41,371 nucleotides of DNA. Origin: a virus. The notes under the pieces were generated by a model. That model saw nothing but the letters and a program-made list of their open reading frames with translations, searched no databases and was not told the origin of the DNA. A program made the translations under genes and the position numbers. The stretch is taken from the IMG/VR virus record IMGVR_UViG_3300045988_116051, one strand, 5' to 3'. Of the stretch, positions 41,123-41,371 are shown in pieces. How positions within the stretch are numbered: position 1 is the first letter of the stretch; every line of letters starts with the position of its first letter.

Positions 41123-41371
41123 TTAAACGCATAAGCCGAAGCAAACGCCGAAGCTGTCGCTGGCGGTGCTGCTGGCGCTGCTGCTGCCGTCGCTGTTCAC
41201 ACCGCAAAAGTACGCGGAGTTGGACGCATACGGGGACGCCAACCAGTACCACTGTGCAGAGCCGCCACCGTTGTTCATTTTTTTGATCCGGCTGGCATTG
41301 TCCGTAAAAATCGGGTACTGCCGCGCATTGCCCGTCGTGCGCTCCGTGGCCGGTGAGTAGCTCGATTCGCC
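41123..41371 (-). CDS. C-terminal end of the same tail-fibre gene (373 aa in the circular molecule), carrying VR1
   Basis: Same frame as 1..1014 once the 141-nt overlap is collapsed: ...WYWLASPYASNSAYFCGVNSDGSSSASSTASDSFGVCFGLCV*, stop TAA at 41125..41123. Confidence 0.85.
   Translation of the reverse strand, partial: GESSYSPATERTTGNARQYPIFTDNASRIKKMNNGGGSAQWYWLASPYASNSAYFCGVNSDGSSSASSTASDSFGVCFGLCV
41136..41243 (-). repeat. DGR variable region VR1 (108 nt)
   Basis: Aligns to TR 40519..40623. There are 13 substitutions, all at TR adenines on the coding strand, plus one extra AGC codon. Confidence 0.9.
41231..41371. repeat. Terminal direct repeat, copy B (identical to 1..141)
   Basis: Same 141-nt string as the window start. 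Confidence 0.95.

Larger units (their letters stand above)
39329..41371 (-). mobile_element. Diversity-generating retroelement cassette (VR1, hairpin, avd, TR, spacer, RT)
   Basis: All components are present in the canonical order on one strand. Confidence 0.9.

Overview
This window is a complete, circularly closed genome of a temperate, PBSX-like contractile-tailed phage. Bases 1-141 are identical to 41231-41371 (assembly overlap), so the unique length is about 41,230 bp. The protein families suggest a Clostridia/Bacillota host, but that is inference. Nearly all genes are on the minus strand.

In transcription order:
- Early/replication module (about 28.5 to 17.9 kb): small HTH and Zn-ribbon proteins, Gp157, ERF recombinase, a DUF968-like HNH protein, SSB, a replisome organiser with internal iteron-like repeats, RusA, a 190-aa VR-bearing protein, dCTP deaminase with a repeat-linked tail, a gene with an in-frame TAG, a frameshifted C5-MTase-like gene, and MazG-like, DUF4406-like and Lar-like genes.
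- A 555-nt ORF-free, hairpin-rich spacer, followed by tRNA-Ser(GCU).
- Late operon: HNH, TerS, TerL, portal, protease, HK97 capsid, connectors, sheath, tube, a chaperone with a -1 frameshift, a tape measure gene interrupted by a 235-nt candidate group I intron, two tail-borne peptidoglycan hydrolases, XkdR/S/T/U-like baseplate proteins, and the tail fibre.

The tail-fibre gene crosses the window junction. It ends in the variable region of a complete diversity-generating retroelement (VR1, hairpin, avd, TR, RT), which is followed by the lysis cassette. A second, more diverged VR-like copy lies 18 kb away, at the 3' end of the 190-aa early-region gene. It has the same IMH-like end and the same downstream hairpin spacing as VR1.

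Plus-strand islands:
- A lysogeny module: cI-like repressor, membrane-anchored DEDDh exonuclease, tyrosine integrase and a tRNA 3'-fragment that is the attP candidate.
- A winged-helix/TM moron.
- A three-gene accessory operon.

A five-gene minus-strand cluster of unknown function lies next to attP. All functional calls come from motif recognition by eye; no database search was possible.
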